The translations under genes and the position numbers were made by a program. This document shows positions 49,290-58,578 of a stretch of DNA of 64,000 nucleotides, one piece after another. Below the pieces are notes generated by a model that made no database searches, was not told the origin of the DNA, and worked only from the letters and a program-made list of their open reading frames with translations. Source of the stretch: a virus; the IMG/VR virus record IMGVR_UViG_3300027906_000009, positions 27,315 through 91,314 of that record; one strand, written 5' to 3'. How positions within the stretch are numbered: position 1 is the stretch's first letter; each line of letters starts with the position of its first letter.

Positions 49290-49620
49290 TACTTATCTCG
49301 GAAGTAAAAAATAGAATGTCTTGACACCCTTTGTCATCCACATAAATGTCGCCTTGTGGCTTTCCTAAAAACAATCTATGATATTTCAGGCCCCACAGAT
49401 CAAGTTGATTCTTAGTCAATTCATAAAATTCTTTATTTGCGGCGGAGGCGTCATTGTTGTGGCGACCCATACCTCTCGCAGTTAAGAAAAAGATTTGATT
49501 TCCTGACTCGAAAAGGCTGTTAATTAATGCTATTCTTTCTGGAAAAGGTTCCGCTTTTTCATACTCTCCATTTGTAATTGTACAAATTGTACCATCTATA
49601 TCAAATACATAATTTTTCAA
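49279..49620 (-). CDS. HAD-superfamily phosphatase (capsule-biosynthesis type)
   Basis: FDIDGTIC, TARG and GKP..DIYVDDK. Confidence 0.85.
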   Translation of the reverse strand: MKNYVFDIDGTICTITNGEYEKAEPFPERIALINSLFESGNQIFFLTARGMGRHNNDASAANKEFYELTKNQLDLWGLKYHRLFLGKPQGDIYVDDKGCQDILFFTSEISNEI

Positions 49621-50407
49621 TATCTTTCTCCGTTAAAGAATATGTGCCACTTTTTTGTACAACATAAGAAGCTGCTTTATTTGCCTTAATTATTGCTTCT
49701 TCTAATTGTCTGTTGTTTTTCACATAATTAATAGCAAGCACAGACAAAAAAGTATCTCCGGCTCCAGATACATCGAAAACGTCAACGCGGGTTACAGGGT
49801 ATGTTTTCTTTTCCCACTTTGCACCTGCTGGGCCGAGGGTTACAACTAAATGCTGTGAAGGGAAATTGCACTCTAATTCTTTCTCTTCTCTCTCATTTAA
49901 CTTTACTATTGCGCCTTCATAACAACTAATATCTCTTTTTTTAGAGTCAACAAAGACGGGAATATCACACAATAAACAAAATTTACATATTACTTTTGCT
50001 GCCTGCTCTGTGATGAAGCCTTTTTCATAATCAGAAATTATCACTAAATCATAAGAAGATATTGAATTTATTTCTGAGCAATTTAAATTTACTTGATTTA
50101 ATTTCGAACTCTCTCCTGTATCAAGCCTCATTATGTGCTGGCCTGAGTCTAAGTCTACAAACCTTTCTTTAGTTATCTGTTCTTCGTTTGTAACTATATC
50201 AACGTCTACGACACTATTATAAGCTAATAAATTATTGTATATGTTCAAAGCCATTCCGCCCATAGTATCTGTATATTTATGAGACAAGACTGGAACTGGA
50301 GCTTCTGGGGATATCCTGTTGCAATGTCCATAGTGGAATTTATCTCTGCAAGAATCACCTATTAGTAATACTTTCAATCGTTTTTGTTGTTGAATATCCG
50401 TTAACAT
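49601..50407 (-). CDS. hldA: D-glycero-D-manno-heptose-7-phosphate kinase (HldE/RfaE domain I, PfkB fold)
   Basis: IGD..RD...G...RISPEAPVPV, GG.A.N, ISDY.KG, VDSK and DVSGAGDTF. Confidence 0.9.
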   Translation of the reverse strand: MLTDIQQQKRLKVLLIGDSCRDKFHYGHCNRISPEAPVPVLSHKYTDTMGGMALNIYNNLLAYNSVVDVDIVTNEEQITKERFVDLDSGQHIMRLDTGESSKLNQVNLNCSEINSISSYDLVIISDYEKGFITEQAAKVICKFCLLCDIPVFVDSKKRDISCYEGAIVKLNEREEKELECNFPSQHLVVTLGPAGAKWEKKTYPVTRVDVFDVSGAGDTFLSVLAINYVKNNRQLEEAIIKANKAASYVVQKSGTYSLTEKDIEKLCI

Positions 50408-50753
50408 AATTAAAAATTTTCACCTTTGCATGATTTCGGCCGGCCACCTCTTCTTCATTATAGTCCCCTCCCTTAACGATAAAGTCTGGTTTTAAAGATT
50501 CTATTAATTTAAGCGGCTCTAGTTCGTTAAATATAACCACTTTATCCACATATTTTAAACTTTCTAATAAAAATTTTCTATCACTTTGTTTATTTATCGG
50601 ACGTGACGATCCTTTTAACTTTAGAACTGATTCATCAGAGTTTAGACCTACAACCACTTGGCCTTCGCCGGCTAAATCTCTGCAGTATTGCAAAAGCAAA
50701 ACATGGGCAGAATGTAGTATATCAAAACATCCATTTGTGAAAACTACATTCAT
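50355..50753 (-). CDS. hldC: Heptose-1-phosphate nucleotidyltransferase (HldE/RfaE domain II)
   Basis: VFTNGCFDILHSAH, VVGLNSD.SV..LKG..RPIN, VKGGDY and GYSTT. Confidence 0.9.
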   Translation of the reverse strand: MNVVFTNGCFDILHSAHVLLLQYCRDLAGEGQVVVGLNSDESVLKLKGSSRPINKQSDRKFLLESLKYVDKVVIFNELEPLKLIESLKPDFIVKGGDYNEEEVAGRNHAKVKIFNYVNGYSTTKTIESITNR

Positions 50754-51616
50754 AATATTTTTTTTATTACTTCCTCATAACCCATAGGTGTCGGGTTCAA
50801 TGATTCATCAATCCAATTATTCTGCAATATATTTCTCATATATCCGCTATAGTGACTTTCTTCTGACCCTAAATATATTTTTTTCTTATTTTGTAAAGAT
50901 GGAATTACTTCTATAAAATTACATAAACTAGAATCTACACAAGATATTGATTCTGATTCGTGTAGAACTTTAAACCAATCATATATTTGATAGTCTGCAA
51001 TCGGCTCGAATACAATTGGGTTCTCAACAGCATTAATGTGACCAGCTAGTGGATGGTTCTTATAAATATGAACGATACTATATTTATCAGAATTATATTT
51101 TTTAATTGCTCTTTCTTTTATTATGGACAATAGCTCATCTTCTTTTTTTTCGTTTCTGTTCCAATTGAAATTCCATCTTTTCTCTAGGGGGACTTCAGCT
51201 AAAGTATATCTCATATCTATCCAATTTCGGTCTTTTTTTCGAAAGCTTTCTATTTTAGATAAATTGGATTTCAAATTGCCGGGAAAACCCCAAGAAATAT
51301 CAAGCAATTTTGCATCGACTAATTGAGCGTACCTTCTAGCGTGCAAATATAGCTTAGCGCTTTTCTGAGCGTTTTCTAAATTCTCAGCATAAGGGTTCCT
51401 CCTATTATATGGATCCTGTAAATAAGAATTTTGTGATAATGATAATCCTGAAAATGTAATACATTTGCTATATGGTATTTCTCTAAAAAAATCTTCAAAT
51501 TCGGAATATACTACCCACTCAACTTCATAGCCTAGGTCCGCATAATATTCTGCTATTGGAGAACATATAATTAGATCTCCGAGTTTTCCGGGCTGCAGCA
51601 AGACAAGTTTTTTCAT
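50750..51616 (-). CDS. GT9-like (heptosyltransferase-like) glycosyltransferase
   Basis: QPGKLGDLIICSP N-terminal motif and C-terminal SCVDSS (compare GT9 xDSG). Coupled to hldC. Confidence 0.6.
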   Translation of the reverse strand: MKKLVLLQPGKLGDLIICSPIAEYYADLGYEVEWVVYSEFEDFFREIPYSKCITFSGLSLSQNSYLQDPYNRRNPYAENLENAQKSAKLYLHARRYAQLVDAKLLDISWGFPGNLKSNLSKIESFRKKDRNWIDMRYTLAEVPLEKRWNFNWNRNEKKEDELLSIIKERAIKKYNSDKYSIVHIYKNHPLAGHINAVENPIVFEPIADYQIYDWFKVLHESESISCVDSSLCNFIEVIPSLQNKKKIYLGSEESHYSGYMRNILQNNWIDESLNPTPMGYEEVIKKIL

Positions 51617-52920
51617 GATATTTTAAATCCAGTTTTTGCTTTGAATTCTTCTAATATAGCTGGTTTATCTTCTGTTGTTGAGCGGAAATGCAAATAATCT
51701 TCTATTACCTCTTTTCTGAAAAGGTTCATAACTTTATCCTCTGTAAAATGTCGTAGGACATGTTCTTGTAATTTTTTTGCTTTCTTTTTATATAAGCCAT
51801 AGTTGCTGTAAACCTTTCTTATTTGATCCTTGAATGAGGACTCTTTTGGATATGCCCATTGAGAATTTTCTTCAATTATATCTTCCCATGCTACGTGATC
51901 TGGTATTTTTGCCAGACTATAATCAACTTCTGCGAAAAAACTCTTTTTTGAAAAAACGTTATCTCTCGGGTCGGAAATCGTCAAAAAATCTAAATGGCCT
52001 GACCAATTAGTCGCGACAACTGGGAGTTGGTTATAAGCTGCTTCAAAGATGGGTAGGCCAAAACCCTCACCGTGCGATGCAGAAACTAAACACTTTACTT
52101 TTTCTAAAGAATATAAAGAGTGTATTTGTTCTTCGGACATATCGCCATGGACCAAATAGATACTACACTTGTAAGTACCCACAGTAGATTCTATAATATT
52201 TTTAATATAATTCTCTGTTTTTTCGAAATCAATAATACTATTTGAGGCACTGCCTGTTTTTAAAATTAGACCAACGTTCTCTTCTTCTCTGAACTCCTCT
52301 ACAAACCATTTGATAGTGTTTTCCAAATTCTTCCTGGGGCCTAGCATGGCTACAGATAAAAAATTAAAATCTGTTTTTAAATTTAAATTGATTTTTTTAT
52401 TTTTAACATCTTTTACCGGATATGGGATTACTGACACTGGGCAGCCACAATCTAATATGTAAGTATCTTTAGAGTGAGGATTCATCATCTTATAACTTGT
52501 ATTGTTAAAACCGAATTTGGCGTGCTCTGAAGGTACTATAATTTTATCTATTTGTGCTGTTGTCTTTTCTAGCCATTTTGGATGGACCCGATCAGTTTCT
52601 ATTCCTGCTGTGATGCAAACTGCGTATGGGGCCTTTTTTACAAATTCATTTGGCAGACCAACTAAAACATGCAAATCACAATGAAACGGTTCGTTAGCCA
52701 ATCTATGAATTTCAAGAGAATCTGAAAAATTTTCTATATCTCTATCTATTTCTGATCTTTCTCTATTCATCTCCCAAGACCATGAAGTTTGTCCCCAGTT
52801 TAAAGGATTCACTAGTAAATCGACTTCTTTACATTCTTTTAATGCGCGATATACAAGTCGCGCATGCTCTCCATATCCAGAATTTGTTAAAATTGGAGCC
52901 TCTAATAAAACTTTTATCAT
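51613..52920 (-). CDS. Glycosyltransferase family 4 (GT-B)
   Basis: SGYG, RKN, EGFGLPIFEA and PVVATNWSGHLDF. Confidence 0.9.
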   Translation of the reverse strand: MIKVLLEAPILTNSGYGEHARLVYRALKECKEVDLLVNPLNWGQTSWSWEMNRERSEIDRDIENFSDSLEIHRLANEPFHCDLHVLVGLPNEFVKKAPYAVCITAGIETDRVHPKWLEKTTAQIDKIIVPSEHAKFGFNNTSYKMMNPHSKDTYILDCGCPVSVIPYPVKDVKNKKINLNLKTDFNFLSVAMLGPRKNLENTIKWFVEEFREEENVGLILKTGSASNSIIDFEKTENYIKNIIESTVGTYKCSIYLVHGDMSEEQIHSLYSLEKVKCLVSASHGEGFGLPIFEAAYNQLPVVATNWSGHLDFLTISDPRDNVFSKKSFFAEVDYSLAKIPDHVAWEDIIEENSQWAYPKESSFKDQIRKVYSNYGLYKKKAKKLQEHVLRHFTEDKVMNLFRKEVIEDYLHFRSTTEDKPAILEEFKAKTGFKIS

Positions 52921-54176
52921 ATTTTTTTAAACCTCCAGTTTTTATATCCCTCTCTTGAAGACCAAGAGCCATATTTTTCCTCAACATGTTGCATGGCTTT
53001 TATCCACAAATCTTTGTATTGTTCAAATCCATAATTTTCCATTACATGTTTTCTGCCTAGTGAGCCTATTTCTTGTCTTTTGGCACTTGATAAATTATGA
53101 ATTTTTTTTAATGCTGCTATGAAATCTTGTTTATTTATCCTATCCTCTCTTATGTATGGCACCTCTTGAGACCCTATGATTGCTTTTGAGCTAGGCTCAA
53201 TACCAATTCCAAACCAATCTGTACCGTTAGTCACTTGTTCCTGTAATCCTCCTGTCATGTTTACAATAATTGGGACCTCGCAAGCTAAAGATTCTAATGT
53301 AGAGAGTCCAAACCCTTCTGCGTCTGAAATGTTGATAGTACAGTCGCATGCGGAATAGATGTTAGATAATGCTTCTGGTGGGAATTTTTCAGTAGAAAAA
53401 AGAACCTGATTGTGACTGGAAAGGTTCAATCGTTCTGCGATGGCATACAAATCTTGACCGTGTGGGTCTTTAGGATCTGTGTGCATCAATAAAGTAGCCT
53501 TGTCGTGCCCCACTTCATCTAAGAATTCTTTAAACCACCATATTAAGGTTCCGGATTGTTTTCTTCTTGCATTTCGGTTATTCCAAAAGAAGACAGTTTT
53601 TTCTTTGTTATCTCCGACAATATTTTTTCTATATTCTAAAACGTCTTTGGAATTTTTATTGTTTTTGAATATATCAGTATTTACAGTATGGGGTATTCTC
53701 ATACAATCAACAGAGGGAGATACATTCCTTACAATATCATCTGTAACTTTACTGATTGTACATACTAGGTCGTTTGAATCATAGAATGATTTATTAAAAT
53801 TGGGGTAAGGATAATTATCCCAGACATGGTAATATACCATGGGGACATTGACTCTAATCTCGTTCTCCATCTCCCATAGCCATATATAAAATCTAGGATC
53901 TGTCATAAACCATAAAATGTCTGGCTTGTAATCTTTCAGAGTTTGCCTTATTATATCTTTATTCCCGTAACCGTCTACTGGCTTGATTACCCAGTCTTCC
54001 AAATAACCCTCCACCATGAATGGTTCATAATTTTCATGCTTTATAGCTCCGGCTAAACACAAAAATTTATACTTTTTGGTAGACAATAAAGCCTCTATCA
54101 TATATTTTGTTTGTGTTCCAACACCAGAAGGCACCAAGGGTGAATCTGATATTACTAATATTTTCTTCTTTTTCAT
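52917..54176 (-). CDS. Glycosyltransferase family 4 (GT-B)
   Basis: SDSP..PSGVG, NRN..RK, EGFGLSTLESLAC..P and TGGL.EQ. Confidence 0.9.
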   Translation of the reverse strand: MKKKKILVISDSPLVPSGVGTQTKYMIEALLSTKKYKFLCLAGAIKHENYEPFMVEGYLEDWVIKPVDGYGNKDIIRQTLKDYKPDILWFMTDPRFYIWLWEMENEIRVNVPMVYYHVWDNYPYPNFNKSFYDSNDLVCTISKVTDDIVRNVSPSVDCMRIPHTVNTDIFKNNKNSKDVLEYRKNIVGDNKEKTVFFWNNRNARRKQSGTLIWWFKEFLDEVGHDKATLLMHTDPKDPHGQDLYAIAERLNLSSHNQVLFSTEKFPPEALSNIYSACDCTINISDAEGFGLSTLESLACEVPIIVNMTGGLQEQVTNGTDWFGIGIEPSSKAIIGSQEVPYIREDRINKQDFIAALKKIHNLSSAKRQEIGSLGRKHVMENYGFEQYKDLWIKAMQHVEEKYGSWSSREGYKNWRFKKI

Positions 54177-55006
54177 GTGCAGTGCTCTGTTTTGTAAAAT
54201 TTACAATACTTACAATTAAGTTTATTTTTAATTGCAGTTTCTCTTTCTATATTTATAACAGCATTTTCTAAAACTTTTAATGCATTTGATGTTTTTTTGG
54301 GGCCCGAAGTTGTTCTCACAACTTCTACCACATTTTTTTTTGCTGTTCTTTTGAGTAATACAAAGTAGGTCTCAATATTCTTGGGCGTGATATTGTGTTT
54401 TTTAGCGAAAAAATTCTTGTAATATGTTAATTGATAATTAATGATCGGGTCGCTTTTTTTATCTCTCGACCATCCCCAAGAACATGTTTTCCAATCTACT
54501 ATATGATATTTGTCATCCGGCGTTTTTAAAACTAAATCTATAAATCCTTTAAATTTTTTATCATATGAATCAAATTCAGTTATTTCTTCCAACAACGGCT
54601 CTTCAATTGCATGTATTTTAAAATCTCCAAAATGTTCTCTCATCTTAGGTAACACATGATCACAAATTGGTTTAGCTTGCTCTACCATCTCTAATACAAG
54701 TTTTTTATTAGTTTTGTGACCGTTTAAAGCAAGAGATTTTATTTCTTCTATAAATTTTTTTTTGAAAATGCTGTATATATTTCCAGTGGATAAAGACTCG
54801 CAAGCTTCGTGAATTGCTGTTCCAAATATAGAATATTCATTACTAGAATAATAAGGTAGCTTATCGACATAAATCAATTTATGTCGATATGAACACTCCT
54901 TCCAATTCTTTAGTTCTGAAAAACTAATCCTCTTTATTTGCTTTTCTTGTTCTTCTAGTTCTTGTCTGTTTTGGCTTTGTTGTTTTTGTTGTTTTTTTAA
55001 TTTCAT
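54173..55006 (-). CDS. PD-(D/E)XK nuclease, AddB/Cas4-like, with four conserved Cys
   Basis: ISFS.L..W..C, FGTAIH, GFIDLV, IVDWKT, QL..Y and CKYC...C. Start uncertain; the nearest ATG is at 55006. Confidence 0.85.
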   Translation of the reverse strand: MKLKKQQKQQSQNRQELEEQEKQIKRISFSELKNWKECSYRHKLIYVDKLPYYSSNEYSIFGTAIHEACESLSTGNIYSIFKKKFIEEIKSLALNGHKTNKKLVLEMVEQAKPICDHVLPKMREHFGDFKIHAIEEPLLEEITEFDSYDKKFKGFIDLVLKTPDDKYHIVDWKTCSWGWSRDKKSDPIINYQLTYYKNFFAKKHNITPKNIETYFVLLKRTAKKNVVEVVRTTSGPKKTSNALKVLENAVINIERETAIKNKLNCKYCKFYKTEHCT

Positions 55007-55229
55007 AGACCCAAGTTCCGGTAGTGGTATAGTTAGAATCACCAACTATATTAGATACAATCTTATCAGGTTTTGAAACTAAAGTCAAGTTATTTTTATA
55101 TTCTTCTGGAATGAGTAATAGAGGATCCAGGCACCATCTTAATCGTTCTTCCGTTGCATATTCTCTCTTTTTGCAAGATATCCTCACTGTTATCTTGTCC
55201 TCTTGTATATCTATTTCTTCTTTAAACAC
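54924..55229 (-). CDS. Hypothetical protein with basic C-terminal tail
   Basis: GTG start with AGGAGG SD. Confidence 0.65.
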   Translation of the reverse strand: MFKEEIDIQEDKITVRISCKKREYATEERLRWCLDPLLLIPEEYKNNLTLVSKPDKIVSNIVGDSNYTTTGTWVYEIKKTTKTTKPKQTRTRRTRKANKED

Positions 55230-55926
55230 TGCTTTCCTCCTGGTTTTTTAATGTGTGTTTTTCTTTTAAAGACAATATTCTCTTTAAAATTTTAAATAAT
55301 AATGGTGAAACCTTTTTTAATCGGCCGATGTCTTCTTTCATAAAAAATGCTTCAAAACCATTTGCAAAATATTCTCTAATTGAAGTTGCGCCGTATGGAG
55401 AATAAAATAAATCAGAGGTGATCATCCTTAGAGAATCGTAACCCACATAGTCATACAAAAACTTATCGAAAGTTTCGTCAAAATTTAAATTAGTGAAGTG
55501 CTTTTTATCTAAATCTAAATCCCTATTCCTACTCAACCTATTATATAATTCAACTCTTTTAGAATAAAATTCTTTTCTTAAAAGTTTGTCTCCATAAATT
55601 TCATTATGAAATATTTCTTCGACAGAATGCGCAAATTCATGAATCACATCATCCACTATATCTTCTTCGTTTTTATGTGTGTTCGAAAGAAAAATGTTTC
55701 CATTTTCATACATAGCCTCATAATCTCTCTCTTTCAGTCTATCAAAATCTCCAATAAAAATATTTTTTACATTCCTTCTTAAATGTTTGGGTAATAGCAG
55801 TAGGGCTCTTCTTATTGCATTTTTTATTGAAATGTTGTTTATTGGTTGATCTCGGACGCTTACTGCAATTCCAAAAATTGAAAAATGATCTTTTGTTTTT
55901 TGAAAGTGTTCTTCTCTGTATTTCAT
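55222..55926 (-). CDS. Zincin-like metalloprotease domain protein
   Basis: VIHEFAHSV (HExxH), then Y...S.REYFA.GF supplying the third ligand (lethal-factor-like arrangement). Confidence 0.7.
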   Translation of the reverse strand: MKYREEHFQKTKDHFSIFGIAVSVRDQPINNISIKNAIRRALLLLPKHLRRNVKNIFIGDFDRLKERDYEAMYENGNIFLSNTHKNEEDIVDDVIHEFAHSVEEIFHNEIYGDKLLRKEFYSKRVELYNRLSRNRDLDLDKKHFTNLNFDETFDKFLYDYVGYDSLRMITSDLFYSPYGATSIREYFANGFEAFFMKEDIGRLKKVSPLLFKILKRILSLKEKHTLKNQEESSV

Positions 55927-57239
55927 AATTTTAAAGCTGCCATTGATGCAACCTTAGATCTTTCTCCTTTTAAGAGAGTTATATGGCCGGTAATTGATTC
56001 TTCTTTTAATCTCTCTACCACGTAGGAAAGGCCGTTGTTGGTAGCATCTATATAGACATTATCTATTTGGTCTATATCTCCTGTTAATATTATCTTAGTG
56101 CCCTCACCCACTCTTGTTAGTACTGTTTTTATTTCATGTTGTGTCATATTCTGAACCTCATCGATAATGATAAATGCATTTGATATCGATCTACCTCTGA
56201 TAAAAGTCATAGCTTCTATTTCTATTTGTCCCTGGTCTATATACATTTCCAAAGTAGCGCGGTCGTCGCCCATCAAATATTGCAAATTATCTTGTATTGG
56301 GGCTAGCCATGGCAACATCTTCTCTTGCATTGTGCCCGGTAAAAAACCTATATCTTTACCTACTGGTTCGACTGGTTTTGTTACTACTATTTTTCTATAG
56401 CTTGATTCCGAAGAGAATGTTTGTTCGAGGCCCGATGCTAGGGCCAACAGAGTCTTTCCAGAGCCGGCTTTACCCACCAGGGTTACTACCGGTACCATAG
56501 GGTCCATAAGAAGCTCTAGAGCGAACTGTTGCTCCTTATTGCGCGGCGCAGTATTCCAGACCTTCTTCGTTGCGCTGATAATTTTTTTCAGTGGAACATT
56601 GTAATTTACAAATCTAGCTAGGGCGGTCTTTTTTTCGTTACTGTTTGATATTAACATAATAAATTGATTTGGAGATAATTGATAGGTGTTTTGGTCTATC
56701 CATATATCCTCGCCTTTATAAAACTTATCTATGTCTTGTTCATCTACTAATATTTCAGCGCGGCCGGTAAAGAGACCTTCTGAATTTTCTACTACCTGCT
56801 CTGCCTGATAATCTTCTGTTAAGAGGCCTAAGGCGTCACATTTTACTCTCATATTTATGTCACGAGAGACAACAACTACTTTTCTGCTTTTTGGCGCTAT
56901 GTCCTGTTCAGATAAGGCAGTAGCAATAATCTGGTTGTCGGAGTCCTCCGTGTCCAAATCATCCGGGAGGCATAGTGGATTATAAGAGCTAACCCTAACT
57001 ATGCCTAAACCCTTTTCTATCCTGACCCCTTTCGATAAACTTCCTTTATCTCTAAGATTATCTAACTTTCTTATTGTTGAGCGCGCTTGTGATCCTACTG
57101 AATCTTGTCTTTTCTTATGTTTATCTATTTCTTCCAACACCTTCAGGGGTATAACAATATCATTATTAGTAAATGAATTTATACAATTAGAGTCTGTTAA
57201 ATAGACACTCGTATCTAAGACATATGTTTTCTTAGCCAA
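55923..57239 (-). CDS. phoH: PIN-PhoH fusion protein (PhoH2/YlaK-like)
   Basis: PIN motifs YVLDTSV, LEEID, DNQII and SRDIN; PhoH motifs RNKEQ, GKAGSGKT, GFLPG, RGRS, IIDEVQN, TRVGE and GD..QID. Confidence 0.92.
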   Translation of the reverse strand: MAKKTYVLDTSVYLTDSNCINSFTNNDIVIPLKVLEEIDKHKKRQDSVGSQARSTIRKLDNLRDKGSLSKGVRIEKGLGIVRVSSYNPLCLPDDLDTEDSDNQIIATALSEQDIAPKSRKVVVVSRDINMRVKCDALGLLTEDYQAEQVVENSEGLFTGRAEILVDEQDIDKFYKGEDIWIDQNTYQLSPNQFIMLISNSNEKKTALARFVNYNVPLKKIISATKKVWNTAPRNKEQQFALELLMDPMVPVVTLVGKAGSGKTLLALASGLEQTFSSESSYRKIVVTKPVEPVGKDIGFLPGTMQEKMLPWLAPIQDNLQYLMGDDRATLEMYIDQGQIEIEAMTFIRGRSISNAFIIIDEVQNMTQHEIKTVLTRVGEGTKIILTGDIDQIDNVYIDATNNGLSYVVERLKEESITGHITLLKGERSKVASMAALKL

Positions 57240-57269
57240 AATATTTCCTTTTTTATAATTATATCTAAA

Positions 57270-57455
57270 TTAATTAGAAATTTTAGTCTTTTTTATTGCT
57301 TTGGTCGGAATCTTATTGAAAAATACTGGCCTATTTGCACTAAGTGTCTGTTTTATTTGCACTCTATTTAAATTTTGAAAGTATTTATTTTTTTCGTTTT
57401 CTACTTCACAAGCAGGTGAATAAGATAAAAATATACTAAAAAACACTTGTAACAT
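57270..57455 (-). CDS. Small hypothetical protein, 61 aa
   Basis: AGGAG SD before ATG at 57455 and a hydrophobic N-terminus. Confidence 0.5.
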   Translation of the reverse strand: MLQVFFSIFLSYSPACEVENEKNKYFQNLNRVQIKQTLSANRPVFFNKIPTKAIKKTKISN

Positions 57456-57502
57456 TATTTTCTCCTGTAAATAAATATATTTTACAGTATATTTATAATA
57501 GA

Positions 57503-58249
57503 ATGACAATAAAAGCCAACATTTTATTAGGATTTTTAATTTTATTATTATCTGGGTGCTCTGTTAGTACTTCTTATGGGCATATAAGGAACCCCCCTAC
57601 TAAAAGTTTTGTAAAAATACTGCACACCATAGAAGTTAAATCTTGTTCTGACCCGAAAGATAAAAATTGTCCTCTTGGTGTGCATGCCAGATCTGGGAGT
57701 GGTATGGCTATAAAACTAATTAATGGACATATGACAGTTTTAACTGCTGGTCATGTTTGTGATGCTGGGCCCACGAAAGCTTTGAAAGAATACAATCAAA
57801 CAGTGATGGTTGTTGATCACAACTCCGATATACATCAAGCTTGGCCAATCCTAATATCTCAAAACAATAGCAAGGGCGCCCCAGATGCATGCATTCTTTA
57901 TGTTCCAACCTTGAATGTTAAACAAGTAATCTTTAGCCGAAAGAAACCCAATATAGGTGAAGAGCTTTATTATATTGGCGCGCCATTGGGCATTTACCAT
58001 CCGCCAAACGCTTTGATATTCAAAGGAATTTATAGTGGAAAAGCAAATGCTTCTACTGCATTAATTACTGCTCCAGCTATTGGAGGATCTAGCGGCTCTG
58101 CAGTAATTAATATGAAAAACGAAATTGTTGGCCTGATTTGGGGTTCAAATCTTAGGTTTCCGCATGCTAGTGTGATGACTAATCATAGGGCTTTTATATT
58201 GTTTTTAGATGCAGCCAAGAAGAAGTTACTAAAAGATTTGAAAAAATAA
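57503..58249 (+). CDS. Trypsin-like serine protease, predicted lipoprotein
   Basis: Lipobox LLSGC. Catalytic triad motifs LTAGHVC, DACIL and GGSSGS. Only credible plus-strand gene. Confidence 0.85.
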   Translation: MTIKANILLGFLILLLSGCSVSTSYGHIRNPPTKSFVKILHTIEVKSCSDPKDKNCPLGVHARSGSGMAIKLINGHMTVLTAGHVCDAGPTKALKEYNQTVMVVDHNSDIHQAWPILISQNNSKGAPDACILYVPTLNVKQVIFSRKKPNIGEELYYIGAPLGIYHPPNALIFKGIYSGKANASTALITAPAIGGSSGSAVINMKNEIVGLIWGSNLRFPHASVMTNHRAFILFLDAAKKKLLKDLKK

Positions 58250-58251
58250 TA

Positions 58252-58578
58252 TTAATTATATTCGATGTATATCTTGTATCTCATAGAAATACTGTCGAGG
58301 GCCCCACCGGGTGGGGGTGATGATGGACTAAAAAGCACATTTTTAACTCTCTTGTCTTTCGCTAATTTACTTAAAAATTCTAATGATATTATTTTTAAAG
58401 TAAATCTATATGTATTTGGTCGGTTCAATCCATTAAAAAGTTTATGATTTTTAAAATCAACAACATCTTTATAATCCTTTAAATATCCTTCGATTAAATT
58501 AAAAGAGTCTTTTCGTGTCCTAATTTTATCCTCTTCTTTGAGGTTTGTAGATAATCCAATACTTTCTAAAAAACTCAT
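58252..58578 (-). CDS. Hypothetical protein, 108 aa
   Basis: Intact ORF abutting the clpP stop. Confidence 0.65.
   Translation of the reverse strand: MSFLESIGLSTNLKEEDKIRTRKDSFNLIEGYLKDYKDVVDFKNHKLFNGLNRPNTYRFTLKIISLEFLSKLAKDKRVKNVLFSPSSPPPGGALDSISMRYKIYIEYN

Noticed and set aside
54173-55006. Cas4-like gene as evidence of a CRISPR-Cas system
   Set aside because: There is no array or other cas gene. Solo PD-(D/E)XK nucleases are common in phages.
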